In this document: one piece after another, positions 40,392 to 48,853 of the stretch
Layout of the letters: each line of letters starts with the position of its first letter
How positions within the stretch are numbered: position 1 is the stretch's first letter
Source: Coriobacteriia bacterium
GTDB lineage: Bacteria; Actinomycetota; Coriobacteriia; WRKU01; WQUG01
Length of the DNA: 64,000 nt
Direction of reading: 5' to 3'
NCBI GenBank assembly: GCA_009778715.1
Contig: WRFR01000002.1
Location: forward strand, 45,598 to 109,597
The notes under the pieces: generated by a model
Database searches by the model: none
The model's input: only the letters and a program-made list of their open reading frames with translations
Told to the model about the DNA's origin: nothing
Made by a program: the position numbers and the translations under genes

Positions 40392-40478
40392 CAGAACACC
40401 TCCTTTCATTTCTCCGGTTCCTTGTTCTTCAGTTGTTATCAGCTAACGATAACGGCGGTCATCGTCTGCCTTCTTCTT

Positions 40479-41495
40479 TTACTGGATAGCCTCTTTTTGT
40501 GAGCCCTTCGCATTCTCGGTGCGCTCTGCAACGCGCAGTCGCGCCGAGCGAGCGCGCGGGTTTTCCCGGGCTTCTGGATCGCTGACCCGCACAGCACCGC
40601 GTGTCAACGGGCGCAGGATACTGAGTCGACCACAGGCGCAAACCGGCAGGTCTGGCGGGCAGACGCAGCGGTCTTCCCAGGCGGCAAAGTCAGCCTTGAC
40701 CAGGTGATCTTCCAGAGAATGGAAGGTGATCACCCCGATGCGTCCGCTGGGCGCAAGCCACCTCACCGCGCTGTCAAGCCCCTGCTGCAGGGCGCCCAGC
40801 TCATCGTTTACCGCGATACGCAGCGCCTGAAACGTCCGGCGCGCCGGATGGCCCCCGACCCGTCGCTCGCGCGCTGGTATGGCTGCCTTGACCACCTCGA
40901 CCAGATCGTCACTGGTAGTAAGCGGGCGCTCTGCCCGCGCGTTCACGACAAACCGAGCAATGCGCGGCGCCCAGCGTTCTTCTCCCCCCGCGCGCAGGAT
41001 GCGAGCCAGCTCGGCTTCCGTTGACTGCGCCAGGATGTCTGCCGCTGTCAGAGTCTCGCTATTGGCATCCATTCTCATATCGAGCGGTGCGCCTGGGTGG
41101 TAGCTGAAACCGCGGCTCTCGTCATCAAGCTGCGGAGAGCTGACCCCGATGTCAAAAAGAATGCGATCGAGGTATCCGAGTGGAACTCCTGCAAGCATTC
41201 GATCCAGATCGCGGAAGTTCCCCTTCATCAGGCGATACGGCGCAGGCTCCTTGCCCGCCGCTCTCATCTGGTCGGCACATTCAGCCAGGCGCTCTTCAGC
41301 CGCGGCTAAAGCGCGTGTGTCCTGGTCAATCCCAACAAAGAAACCCCGCGCTCCCAGGCGCTGGTAGAGCAAGACCGCGTGGCCTGCTCCCCCCACAGTC
41401 GCATCGACCACGATGTGATCGGCCTCAGGCGCCAGATACTCGCTGACCTCTGCGGTCATCACCGGAGTATGGGCATATCCAGTTGTCAAGGTCAC
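40479..41495 (-). CDS. rsmH: 16S rRNA (cytosine1402-N4)-methyltransferase
   Basis: It has ..HTPVMTAEV..VDATVGGAGHA.. and ..ITFHSLEDHLVK.., with a 4-nt overlap with mraZ. Confidence 0.95.
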   Translation of the reverse strand: MTLTTGYAHTPVMTAEVSEYLAPEADHIVVDATVGGAGHAVLLYQRLGARGFFVGIDQDTRALAAAEERLAECADQMRAAGKEPAPYRLMKGNFRDLDRMLAGVPLGYLDRILFDIGVSSPQLDDESRGFSYHPGAPLDMRMDANSETLTAADILAQSTEAELARILRAGGEERWAPRIARFVVNARAERPLTTSDDLVEVVKAAIPARERRVGGHPARRTFQALRIAVNDELGALQQGLDSAVRWLAPSGRIGVITFHSLEDHLVKADFAAWEDRCVCPPDLPVCACGRLSILRPLTRGAVRVSDPEARENPRARSARLRVAERTENAKGSQKEAIQ

Positions 41496-41920
41496 AATAT
41501 CCCGTCGGCCACCAGTTCGTTGGTCAACTCATCAATATCGATAGAGTCCAGATAGCTCTGGTGCTCCGAGGGATCCCATAATTCGATGCGGTCCTGGTTA
41601 CCCGTGAACGTGATCGCCTTGCCCAGGCCAGCATAGCTTTGCATGCTCGCCGGGACCCTGATACGTCCGGCCGTATCGATCTCAACATCAAACGCGCCGT
41701 TGGTAAACCAGCGCTGCATCCGGCGCTTACGCTCATCAAAGACCGTGTCGTTGAACTGCGCAAGGAAGGTTTCGTAGTCGGCCAGCTTGAACAACCACAG
41801 GCAATGCTCATAGCCACGCACAAGGATGATCTCTTCTTCGCCAAGCTTGTTGCGAAAACGCGCTGGTAAGGATACGCGCCCTTTGCTGTCCATCGTATGT
41901 TCGTAGGTTCCGAAGAACAT
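41492..41920 (-). CDS. mraZ: Transcriptional regulator MraZ
   Basis: The 142-aa product starts MFFGTYEHTMDSKGRVSLPARFR.. and has a second SpoVT-AbrB repeat ..DTAGRIRVPASM... Confidence 0.95.
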   Translation of the reverse strand: MFFGTYEHTMDSKGRVSLPARFRNKLGEEEIILVRGYEHCLWLFKLADYETFLAQFNDTVFDERKRRMQRWFTNGAFDVEIDTAGRIRVPASMQSYAGLGKAITFTGNQDRIELWDPSEHQSYLDSIDIDELTNELVADGIL

Positions 41921-42013
41921 GATGCGGTGCTGATTGCCTTTCTCTCCTCTTTGCGCCGGTTCTACCGACGGTAATCAATCACCTGGCTATCCGGGCGATT
42001 TCATCTATAATAT

Positions 42014-42082
42014 CCCACTTTATGACCAAATACAATACTTATTTACCATTTTCTCCCACTTACCACGCATCATGCCCCACTT
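42014..42082 (-). promoter_or_regulatory. Three AAGTGGG direct repeats (candidate MraZ boxes) overlapping a putative Pmra promoter
   Basis: Minus-strand AAGTGGG occurs at 42076-42082, 42055-42061 and 42014-42020. The promoter-proximal box lies in the spacer of a TTGTAT-N17-TATTAT candidate promoter (-10 at 42007-42012). Confidence 0.5.
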
Positions 42083-42250
42083 AGGGGCTCAGATCACCTG
42101 AGGATGTCACGCTTGGATGGGCCTTCAGACGTTGGCCTTTTGAGGTCAAATCAGAACACGTGAAAACTTTTATCGTCAGGAGCTTGCAGTGCGGGGGGAA
42201 CTGCCCTTACAATGGATACGGAACGCAACACATCGTTTTGGAGGTTCACT

Positions 42251-42481
42251 ATGGTGCACTGGGGTTTTAGCAGTAATATTCCGATTATCTTGAACACGTT
42301 CTTATACGTCATCATGTTCTTGATGCTGGTTGTTGCTGTCGCCGTCGGTTGGTATGCCGCAAGGAATCTTAAGGAAGCTGAAAAAGCGGCGCCCGCGGAC
42401 GAAGCCTACGAAGCGAACCTGAAAGCACGTCAGGAAAGAAAGGCAGCGAAGAAGGCGCTTAAAGCTAAACTTAAGAAGTAG
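42251..42481 (+). CDS. Small membrane protein with a Lys-rich C-terminal tail
   Basis: A GGAGG SD lies 7 nt before the ATG at 42251. The product has one TM (IILNTFLYVIMFLMLVVAVAVGWYAA), then ..KARQERKAAKKALKAKLKK. A strong terminator follows. Confidence 0.55.
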   Translation: MVHWGFSSNIPIILNTFLYVIMFLMLVVAVAVGWYAARNLKEAEKAAPADEAYEANLKARQERKAAKKALKAKLKK

Positions 42482-42501
42482 CTCGCCCTGTTCAGAGTTT
42501 T

Positions 42502-42531
42502 AAAAGCCCGCTGATTCCAGCGGGCTTTTTC
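42502..42531 (+). terminator. Intrinsic terminator (bidirectional)
   Basis: The hairpin AAAAGCCCGCUG-AUUC-CAGCGGGCUUUUU has A/U tracts on both sides. Confidence 0.85.
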
Positions 42532-42546
42532 ATGCGCGACTCAGAT

Positions 42547-42678
42547 GCGACAACAATATCAGTGGGCATTCAGGCGCGCGGGCGCGAAATGAATGTTCAT
42601 TGACGAGGCGTCGCGGGGCGTAGCGTACAACGCTACTCAAGCCGCGCGACAACAATATCAGTGGGCATTCAGGCGCGC
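42547..42678. repeat. 33-bp perfect direct repeat; the second copy includes the last 21 nt of xerD
   Basis: GCGACAACAATATCAGTGGGCATTCAGGCGCGC occurs at 42547-42579 and again at 42646-42678. The 66-bp spacer contains small hairpins (GTAGCGT-ACA-ACGCTAC; CGACG-AGG-CGTCG). Confidence 0.9.
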
Positions 42679-43578
42679 CCGGGGGTGTGCATGGAGGTAT
42701 GCTTCGCGTAGCCGTGCCTGGTCAATGTGAGTATAGATCTGCGTGGTGGAAAGATCGGCGTGGCCTAAGAGTTCCTGGACCACCCGGAGGTCAGCCCCCC
42801 CTTCCAATAAGTGAGTCGCGAACGAATGGCGCAAGGTATGGGGATGAAGCCCCTTGATGCCGATCCGCTCGCCAGCATCGCGCACCACAACAAAGACCAC
42901 CTGCCGATACAGCGGCTTGCCCTTGCTGGTAAGAAAGACCCGGTCACTTACCGGCGCCACACTGCCCTTGGGGCGAAGGTGCGTGCGCCCCTTGTCCAGA
43001 TAACGCCGTACCCACTGCGCCGCGACAGAGCCGAGAGGTACAAGGCGCTCCTTGTTGCCTTTACCAATGACCCGCACGACACCATCCCCAAAATCCAGGT
43101 CATCCTGTTTCAGGTCACAGATCTCGGATTCACGCAGGCCGGAACCATAGAGCAGCTCCAGCAGAGCGCGGTCGCGAAGGGCAAGCGGATCGCCCTGCGG
43201 ATCGCATGCTTCAAGCAGGCGAGCTACCTGATCAATGCTCAGTACTGTCGGCAGCTTTCGCACCTGTTTCAGGCGTGGCAATGTCCGCAGAGGATAGTTC
43301 TGAGTCAGCGACTCACGCAGACAGAATTTATGAAACCCTTTTAGCGCTGAGAGATGGCGCTGCAAAGAAGAGGCGCCTAGCCCGGATGCACGAAGTGCAG
43401 CGATGTGTGCTTCGGCGTCTTCGGGCGTAACATCATCCAGAGTAGTAGGACCCCGTTGTCCAAGGAAAGCTCGATACCCGTTCAAGTCATGCTCGTATGC
43501 TGCCAGTGTATTGGCTGACAATCCTCGTTCGACACGCAGATGAGCCAGGTATTCTTTGAGAGCGTCTGAGATTTCCAT
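42658..43578 (-). CDS. xerD: Site-specific tyrosine recombinase XerD
   Basis: The product starts ..YLAHLRVERGLSANTLAAYEHDL.. and has the catalytic ..HTLRHSFATHLLEGGADLRVVQELLGHADLSTTQIYTH... Confidence 0.92.
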   Translation of the reverse strand: MEISDALKEYLAHLRVERGLSANTLAAYEHDLNGYRAFLGQRGPTTLDDVTPEDAEAHIAALRASGLGASSLQRHLSALKGFHKFCLRESLTQNYPLRTLPRLKQVRKLPTVLSIDQVARLLEACDPQGDPLALRDRALLELLYGSGLRESEICDLKQDDLDFGDGVVRVIGKGNKERLVPLGSVAAQWVRRYLDKGRTHLRPKGSVAPVSDRVFLTSKGKPLYRQVVFVVVRDAGERIGIKGLHPHTLRHSFATHLLEGGADLRVVQELLGHADLSTTQIYTHIDQARLREAYLHAHPRARLNAH

Positions 43579-43594
43579 GGACTTATGCTAACGC

Positions 43595-43625
43595 AAAAAC
43601 AGAGCCCGGAGTAACCCGGGCCCTG
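43595..43625 (-). terminator. Intrinsic terminator after ald
   Basis: The minus-strand hairpin is CAGGGCCCGG-GUUACU-CCGGGCUCUG followed by UUUUUGCG. Confidence 0.7.
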
Positions 43626-43656
43626 TCGTCTGTAGTAATTGACTATTCAGGCGCGT

Positions 43657-44775
43657 TTACGCAAGAAATGTTGCTAAGGGCGTGTACTCCAGGCCATGAG
43701 TCTTTGCGACCTCTTCGTAGACGACCTTGCCCTCGATGACATTGGCGCCCAATGCCAGCGCCGGATCACCGGCCAGGGCTTTCTTCCAGCCCTTGTCGGC
43801 CAGCGCCAGGCCATAGCGCAGCGTCGCGTTGTTAAGGGCGCGTGTCGAAGTGTTCGGCACGGCTCCCGGCATGTTAGCCACGCCATAGTGCAGCACGTCA
43901 TCAACAAAGAAAGTAGGATCGGCGTGGGTGGTGGCATGCGTCGTTTCGATGCAGCCACCCTGGTCAACAGAAACGTCGACGACGACTGAGCCCTTCTTCA
44001 TGATCTTCAGGTCCTCTTTGAGCACCAGCCACGGGGTCTTTGCGCCCGGCAGCAGCACAGATCCTATGACCAGATCGGCGGCAGGCAGCACTTCAAGCAG
44101 ATTGCCGCGCGAGGAGTAAAGCGTGGTGATCTCGTCGCCCCAGCAGTCGGTCAGATAGCGCAGGCGATCAACGTTGACATCGGCGATCGTCACCTTGGCG
44201 CCCATGCCCTTGGCGACATAAGCCGCGTTACTGCCGACCACGCCGGCGCCCAGCACGAGAACGTTAGCGCCCGGGACACCTGGAACGCCGCCCATGAGGA
44301 TGCCACGTCCACCATTGATTTTCTCAAGATAGTAGGCGCCTACCTGGGAGGCCATACGCCCGGCGACTTCTGACATCGGCGCCAGCAGCGGCAACGAACG
44401 ATTAGGAAGCTCGACGGTCTCATAAGCGATGCAGACGGCGCCGCTCTTGATGAGACCCTCGGTCTGAGGAAGATCCGGAGCAAGGTGCAGGTAAGTGTAA
44501 AGGATCTGTCCCGGACGCAGCATGGCGATCTCGGGCGGTTGTGGCTCTTTGACCTTAACGATCATCTCTGCCGCCTCGAAGACGGCGGCAGCAGTTGGCA
44601 GTATTTCGCAGCCAACTTTCGTGTAGTCTTCATCCGGGAAGGAAGAACCCTCGCCCGCGTGGGTCTCGATCATGACCTTATGACCATGAGCGACATAGTC
44701 AGCGGCAGCCGCCGGAGTCAAGCCAACGCGAGACTCATTGTTTTTGATCTCTTTTGGTACGCCGATAATCATCAA
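43657..44775 (-). CDS. ald: Alanine dehydrogenase
   Basis: The product starts MIIGVPKEIKNNESRVGLTPA.. and has the NAD-binding VLVLGAGVVGSNAA. Confidence 0.95.
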   Translation of the reverse strand: MMIIGVPKEIKNNESRVGLTPAAAADYVAHGHKVMIETHAGEGSSFPDEDYTKVGCEILPTAAAVFEAAEMIVKVKEPQPPEIAMLRPGQILYTYLHLAPDLPQTEGLIKSGAVCIAYETVELPNRSLPLLAPMSEVAGRMASQVGAYYLEKINGGRGILMGGVPGVPGANVLVLGAGVVGSNAAYVAKGMGAKVTIADVNVDRLRYLTDCWGDEITTLYSSRGNLLEVLPAADLVIGSVLLPGAKTPWLVLKEDLKIMKKGSVVVDVSVDQGGCIETTHATTHADPTFFVDDVLHYGVANMPGAVPNTSTRALNNATLRYGLALADKGWKKALAGDPALALGANVIEGKVVYEEVAKTHGLEYTPLATFLA

Positions 44776-44907
44776 TATACCCTTTCTCTTGCGTACAGAT
44801 ACGTGATAAAAGCTGTCCTAAGTATAGCGCAACAGAGCTGGTTCAGAGCAGAGAAAACAGGAGCGAACTTCCGCGAGAACGACCTCAGCGTGAGTTCAGC
44901 GCATTGC

Positions 44908-46041
44908 CTATTCGTCTAAATCCAAGTCAATGCGGGGAGCTGACTTCACGCAGGAAGGCGGCTCGACAAAGCGCGCCATGCCGCCAGCTGCAGCGCCTGC
45001 GGCGAATGCGGCTTCAAAAAACACGGGATCGTCAGCCGGGTCGCGCCCCATGGTCGTGACCTGAAGCCCCCTCAACGCCTCCTCAGAGAAACCTGACTGT
45101 TCCAACTGGGCGAAGTAGTGTTCAACACGTGACCGGAAGGCTTCAAGCTGTGCTTCGACGCGCGCTTGCTGCTCACCCTCAAGATACGGGATCATCGCTG
45201 TCGCTGGCACTGCGGCTATGCGCTCCAGCGCCACAAGCGAATGATGGCTGATGCCTTGGTGGCGCTCGCGCTTATCAGCAAACGACATTCGCAGACAAGC
45301 GATCGGGTTGCCACCCAATGCTCCTACCGCGTTGATCGCTTCGCCCTGGGCAATACCCGTGTGCCCAAAGGGCGTCCCCGTACCGGCCAGTCCCGGTCCA
45401 CTACTCACGATAACGACGTCGCAGCCCTGCACATGGCACGACGCCAGAAGCCCTGAATAGAGATTGATTGCCTCAAGTTCCCCGCCAAAAGCTTGCCCAC
45501 AGGTCAGGGTCGCATCGAGCAGTTCAAGGTCACGGCACTGCGCCACCAGTTTTGAGAAGGCGAGCGGCAACGCCGCCTGGTCGGTCATGACGTAACCGAC
45601 GCGCAGGCTCGAGTCGACCTGTTTGATCGCGGCGGCCACCAGCGGGACCTGGCTGTGCAGGCCGCAGCAGACCACGGGGATACCCTCAAGGGAATCGACC
45701 TGTCCCATGACCTTATGATAGGGCGACTCCTGAGACTCGACCGCCAGCACGTTGCGCTGCAGCGGCGTATAACGCAATTTCATGATGTGGCCGTCAGCGG
45801 GAGTGTCCGCTTCCTCGAAAGCCACGCCATCATCCGCATGACCCCGAGCTACCACGAAGTCGACCCCGCCAGTCCCCAACGTCAGATCACGCGCAGTCGT
45901 GTTGACCAGCACGCGCTCACCCACCGCACACTCCCCTGTCAGCGCGGGATAGCTCAGCGCGGGACCCTCGCCCGTTTCAAGTTCCTGCACACCCTCACGC
46001 TGCGCGGTGACAGCAGTAACGGTAGTCCAAATTAAACGCAT
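44908..46041 (-). CDS. Conserved hypothetical protein, DUF3866-like
   Basis: The 377-aa ORF has ..GERVLVNTTARDLTLGTGGVDFVVA.. and ..GHIMKLRYTPLQ.., which match my recollection of DUF3866 proteins. This was not verified by search. Confidence 0.5.
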   Translation of the reverse strand: MRLIWTTVTAVTAQREGVQELETGEGPALSYPALTGECAVGERVLVNTTARDLTLGTGGVDFVVARGHADDGVAFEEADTPADGHIMKLRYTPLQRNVLAVESQESPYHKVMGQVDSLEGIPVVCCGLHSQVPLVAAAIKQVDSSLRVGYVMTDQAALPLAFSKLVAQCRDLELLDATLTCGQAFGGELEAINLYSGLLASCHVQGCDVVIVSSGPGLAGTGTPFGHTGIAQGEAINAVGALGGNPIACLRMSFADKRERHQGISHHSLVALERIAAVPATAMIPYLEGEQQARVEAQLEAFRSRVEHYFAQLEQSGFSEEALRGLQVTTMGRDPADDPVFFEAAFAAGAAAGGMARFVEPPSCVKSAPRIDLDLDE

Positions 46042-46092
46042 AGTGAATCCCTTAAACTGAATGATGACAAAGGGTCAGGTACTTTGTCATGC

Positions 46093-47715
46093 CTACTCCC
46101 CCGCGCGCTTGTTATGATAGGCCACGGCTGCTCCGATAAAATCACGGAAGAGCGGCGCCGGGCGCGTGCTGCGCGACTTGAACTCCGGGTGGCCCTGACT
46201 GCCTACAAACCAGGGATGGACCTCATCAGAGAGCTCGACCATCTCTACGAGTGTTCCATCCGGGGAGGTCCCCGAGATGACCAGGCCTGCTTCCTCCAAC
46301 TGGGCGCGGTACTTGTTGTTCACTTCATAACGATGGCGGTGCCGCTCGCTTGCCTGAGTGCTGCCATAGGCCGCAAAGCCCAACGTGTTCTCCTTGACCG
46401 CATGCGGGTAGGCGCCCAGGCGCATGGTCGCGCCCATGTCGGTCACCGCCTCCTGCTCGCTCATGAGCGCCACTACCGGGTAAGCCGTCTCAGGGTCGAA
46501 CTCGGTCGAGTTGGCGCCAGGCATCCCTGCAACGTTGCGAGCGAACTCCGCCACGGCGATCTGCATCCCGAGGCAGATCCCCAAGTAAGGGACTTTGTTC
46601 TCACGGGCATATTTGGCCGCGGCGATTTTGCCCTCGACGCCCCGGTAGCCAAAGCCACCCGGTACGAGAATGCCGTCAAAACCCTCAAGCTTGGCCGCCA
46701 CCTGCTCGGGTGTCAGGTCCTCAGAATCGACCCAGTAGACATCAACAATGCGATCGTGAAAGACTCCCGCGTGAGTCAGCGCTTCATGCACCGAAAGATA
46801 GGCGTCAGGCAGCTGGACATACTTGCCCACCAAGGCGATACGGATATGCTCGGTCAGGGAAGCCGCTTTGACCACATAGTTAGTCCACTCGCTCAGATCG
46901 AGTTTTCGGGGCTCCATATCAAAAACCTTCAGCACGCGCTCATCGAAGGCCTGGTCTGCCAGGATACCCGGAATAGCATAGATGCTCGGCGCATCTAAAG
47001 CGGTAAAAACCGCGTCCTCATCAACGTCGCAGAACAAGGCGATCTTGTCAAGCAGAGACTTGTCAAGCTCGTGGTCGGCGCGGCAGACGATGACGTCTGG
47101 CTGGATGCCGTGACTGCGGAGCTCCTGGACACTGTGCTGGGTCGGCTTGGTCTTAAGCTCCTTGCTTGCGTTAAGAAACGGCACGAGCGTCACATGGATA
47201 TAGCAGACATTGTGGCGCCCCACGTCGTTTCGCATCTGGCGAATGGCTTCAATGAACGGCAGGGATTCGATATCGCCGACTGTCCCGCCGATCTCGGTAA
47301 TGACGAAGTCTGCGCCGGTTTCTTCCGCGAGCCGCTGGATGCGGCTTTTGATCTCATTGGTAACATGCGGCACGACCTGGACGGTACCGCCCAGGAAGTC
47401 ACCGTGACGCTCGCGCTGGATCAAAGTGTCATAGACCGAACCCGAGGTCACATTGCTGTTTTGGGTCATCGCTTCATCGACGAAGCGTTCATAATGCCCC
47501 AAGTCGAGATCGGTCTCCGCCCCGTCCTCGGTAACAAAAACTTCACCATGCTGAAACGGGCTCATCGTACCCGGGTCGACGTTGAGATAGGGGTCCAGCT
47601 TCTGCATAGTGACGCTGTAACCGCGCGATTTAAGAAGGCGCCCCAGTGAAGCTGCGGTGATGCCTTTTCCGAGGGAGGAAACAACGCCTCCGGTAACAAA
47701 GATATGCTTAGACAT
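46093..47715 (-). CDS. pyrG: CTP synthase
   Basis: The product starts [19 protein letters not shown].. and has a C-terminal glutamine amidotransferase domain with ..GICLGMQ... Confidence 0.98.
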
Positions 47716-47738
47716 CTACGCAACTCCTTTTTTCAACA

Positions 47739-48851
47739 TCAGTCGGTGTTCTCCTCTTCGCGGTCAGTTCTCCCTGTTTTTATTCTACCTATTTGGTCGA
47801 GCCATAAGAGTAACGGATTTTTCTCAATCACCCGAGAAAATGAGATTTTCTCGCTGATGAGATTGAGAGCCAGCATGATCAGGAGGAAAACTATAAGGCC
47901 GGAAAGGCCGAGCGTGGTAACGATGTAGGCCCCGGCGATAAATCCCGCAGGATTGGCGCCCGCATCACCGAGCATACCTTGCTCGCGCAGGTCATAGCGC
48001 ATCGTTGCAAGTACAGGAAGCAGGAAGATAAGAAAATAGCTGACCTGCGACAAGAACGACTGGAAAAGAAGTCCCCCGGATAAGGCATGGCCCGACGCGA
48101 TCCACGAGATAACCAGACGATAGACAAACCCGCCCACCAGCAAAAGCAGGGTGACTTTGCTCGCCCTCCCGGGTCGCAGGTCACAGAGATTGACGAAGTT
48201 CGCGCACAGCGCCAGGGAAAACCCCGTCAGCAAAACTACGAGCATCACCCTGTTCCCGCCGCTTTGAGCCCAGATGGCCCCGTAGAATTTACCACCCCAC
48301 AGATACCAGGCAAAAAGCAGCGCGGTTGCCCCAATGCCGATCAACTTCACCAATCCGGTCGTCAGATGACCTTGCAAGAGCGCCTTCAAGTGGCCTTTGA
48401 ACCCCTTCGAAGGCGTGCCCACGCCGAGATCATCGATCAGGCCAAAAGCAAATACCGCCGCCACAGCGATACCTAAGCCTATCGCGTCACTGGGCGCCTG
48501 GGCATACCCCGTTAAAAAAGGGCTTAGCATGTTTAACCGGTGCCCCATCCGGTCAAACAGCAGATAAACCGTGCGAAAAACCAGCGAAAGGCTTACCAGC
48601 CCGATCGCCCACAAAGGCCAGATGAATCCCAGCCCCAAGGGCACCGTGCGGCCCGCATAGTTCCTCACCTGTCCGAATGATCGTTTCCTGAAAGCTTTCA
48701 TAAGAACATGCAAGAGCACAGCCGGAAACAGGCCGCAGCATACGAAGATGATGCAGCACATTACCAGGTTGCCCAAGATCGGAAAGCCGGGAGAGCGATA
48801 GAGATTCACTATTCCAGGAGAAGACAATATCTGATAGATCCGTTGCCCCAT
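47739..48851 (-). CDS. Divergent MraY/WecA-superfamily polytopic membrane protein (putative polyprenyl-phosphate sugar-phosphate transferase)
   Basis: It is multi-TM. Three motifs resemble the family signatures:
- FGLIDDLGV (DD motif)
- NFVNLCDLRPGRA (compare NxxNxxDGxDGL)
- LGDAGANPAGF (compare GDxGSxxLG)

The start is taken at MGQRIYQ (ATG 48851), 2 nt after the upstream stop. Confidence 0.55.
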   Translation of the reverse strand: MGQRIYQILSSPGIVNLYRSPGFPILGNLVMCCIIFVCCGLFPAVLLHVLMKAFRKRSFGQVRNYAGRTVPLGLGFIWPLWAIGLVSLSLVFRTVYLLFDRMGHRLNMLSPFLTGYAQAPSDAIGLGIAVAAVFAFGLIDDLGVGTPSKGFKGHLKALLQGHLTTGLVKLIGIGATALLFAWYLWGGKFYGAIWAQSGGNRVMLVVLLTGFSLALCANFVNLCDLRPGRASKVTLLLLVGGFVYRLVISWIASGHALSGGLLFQSFLSQVSYFLIFLLPVLATMRYDLREQGMLGDAGANPAGFIAGAYIVTTLGLSGLIVFLLIMLALNLISEKISFSRVIEKNPLLLWLDQIGRIKTGRTDREEENTD

Positions 48852-48853
48852 GA

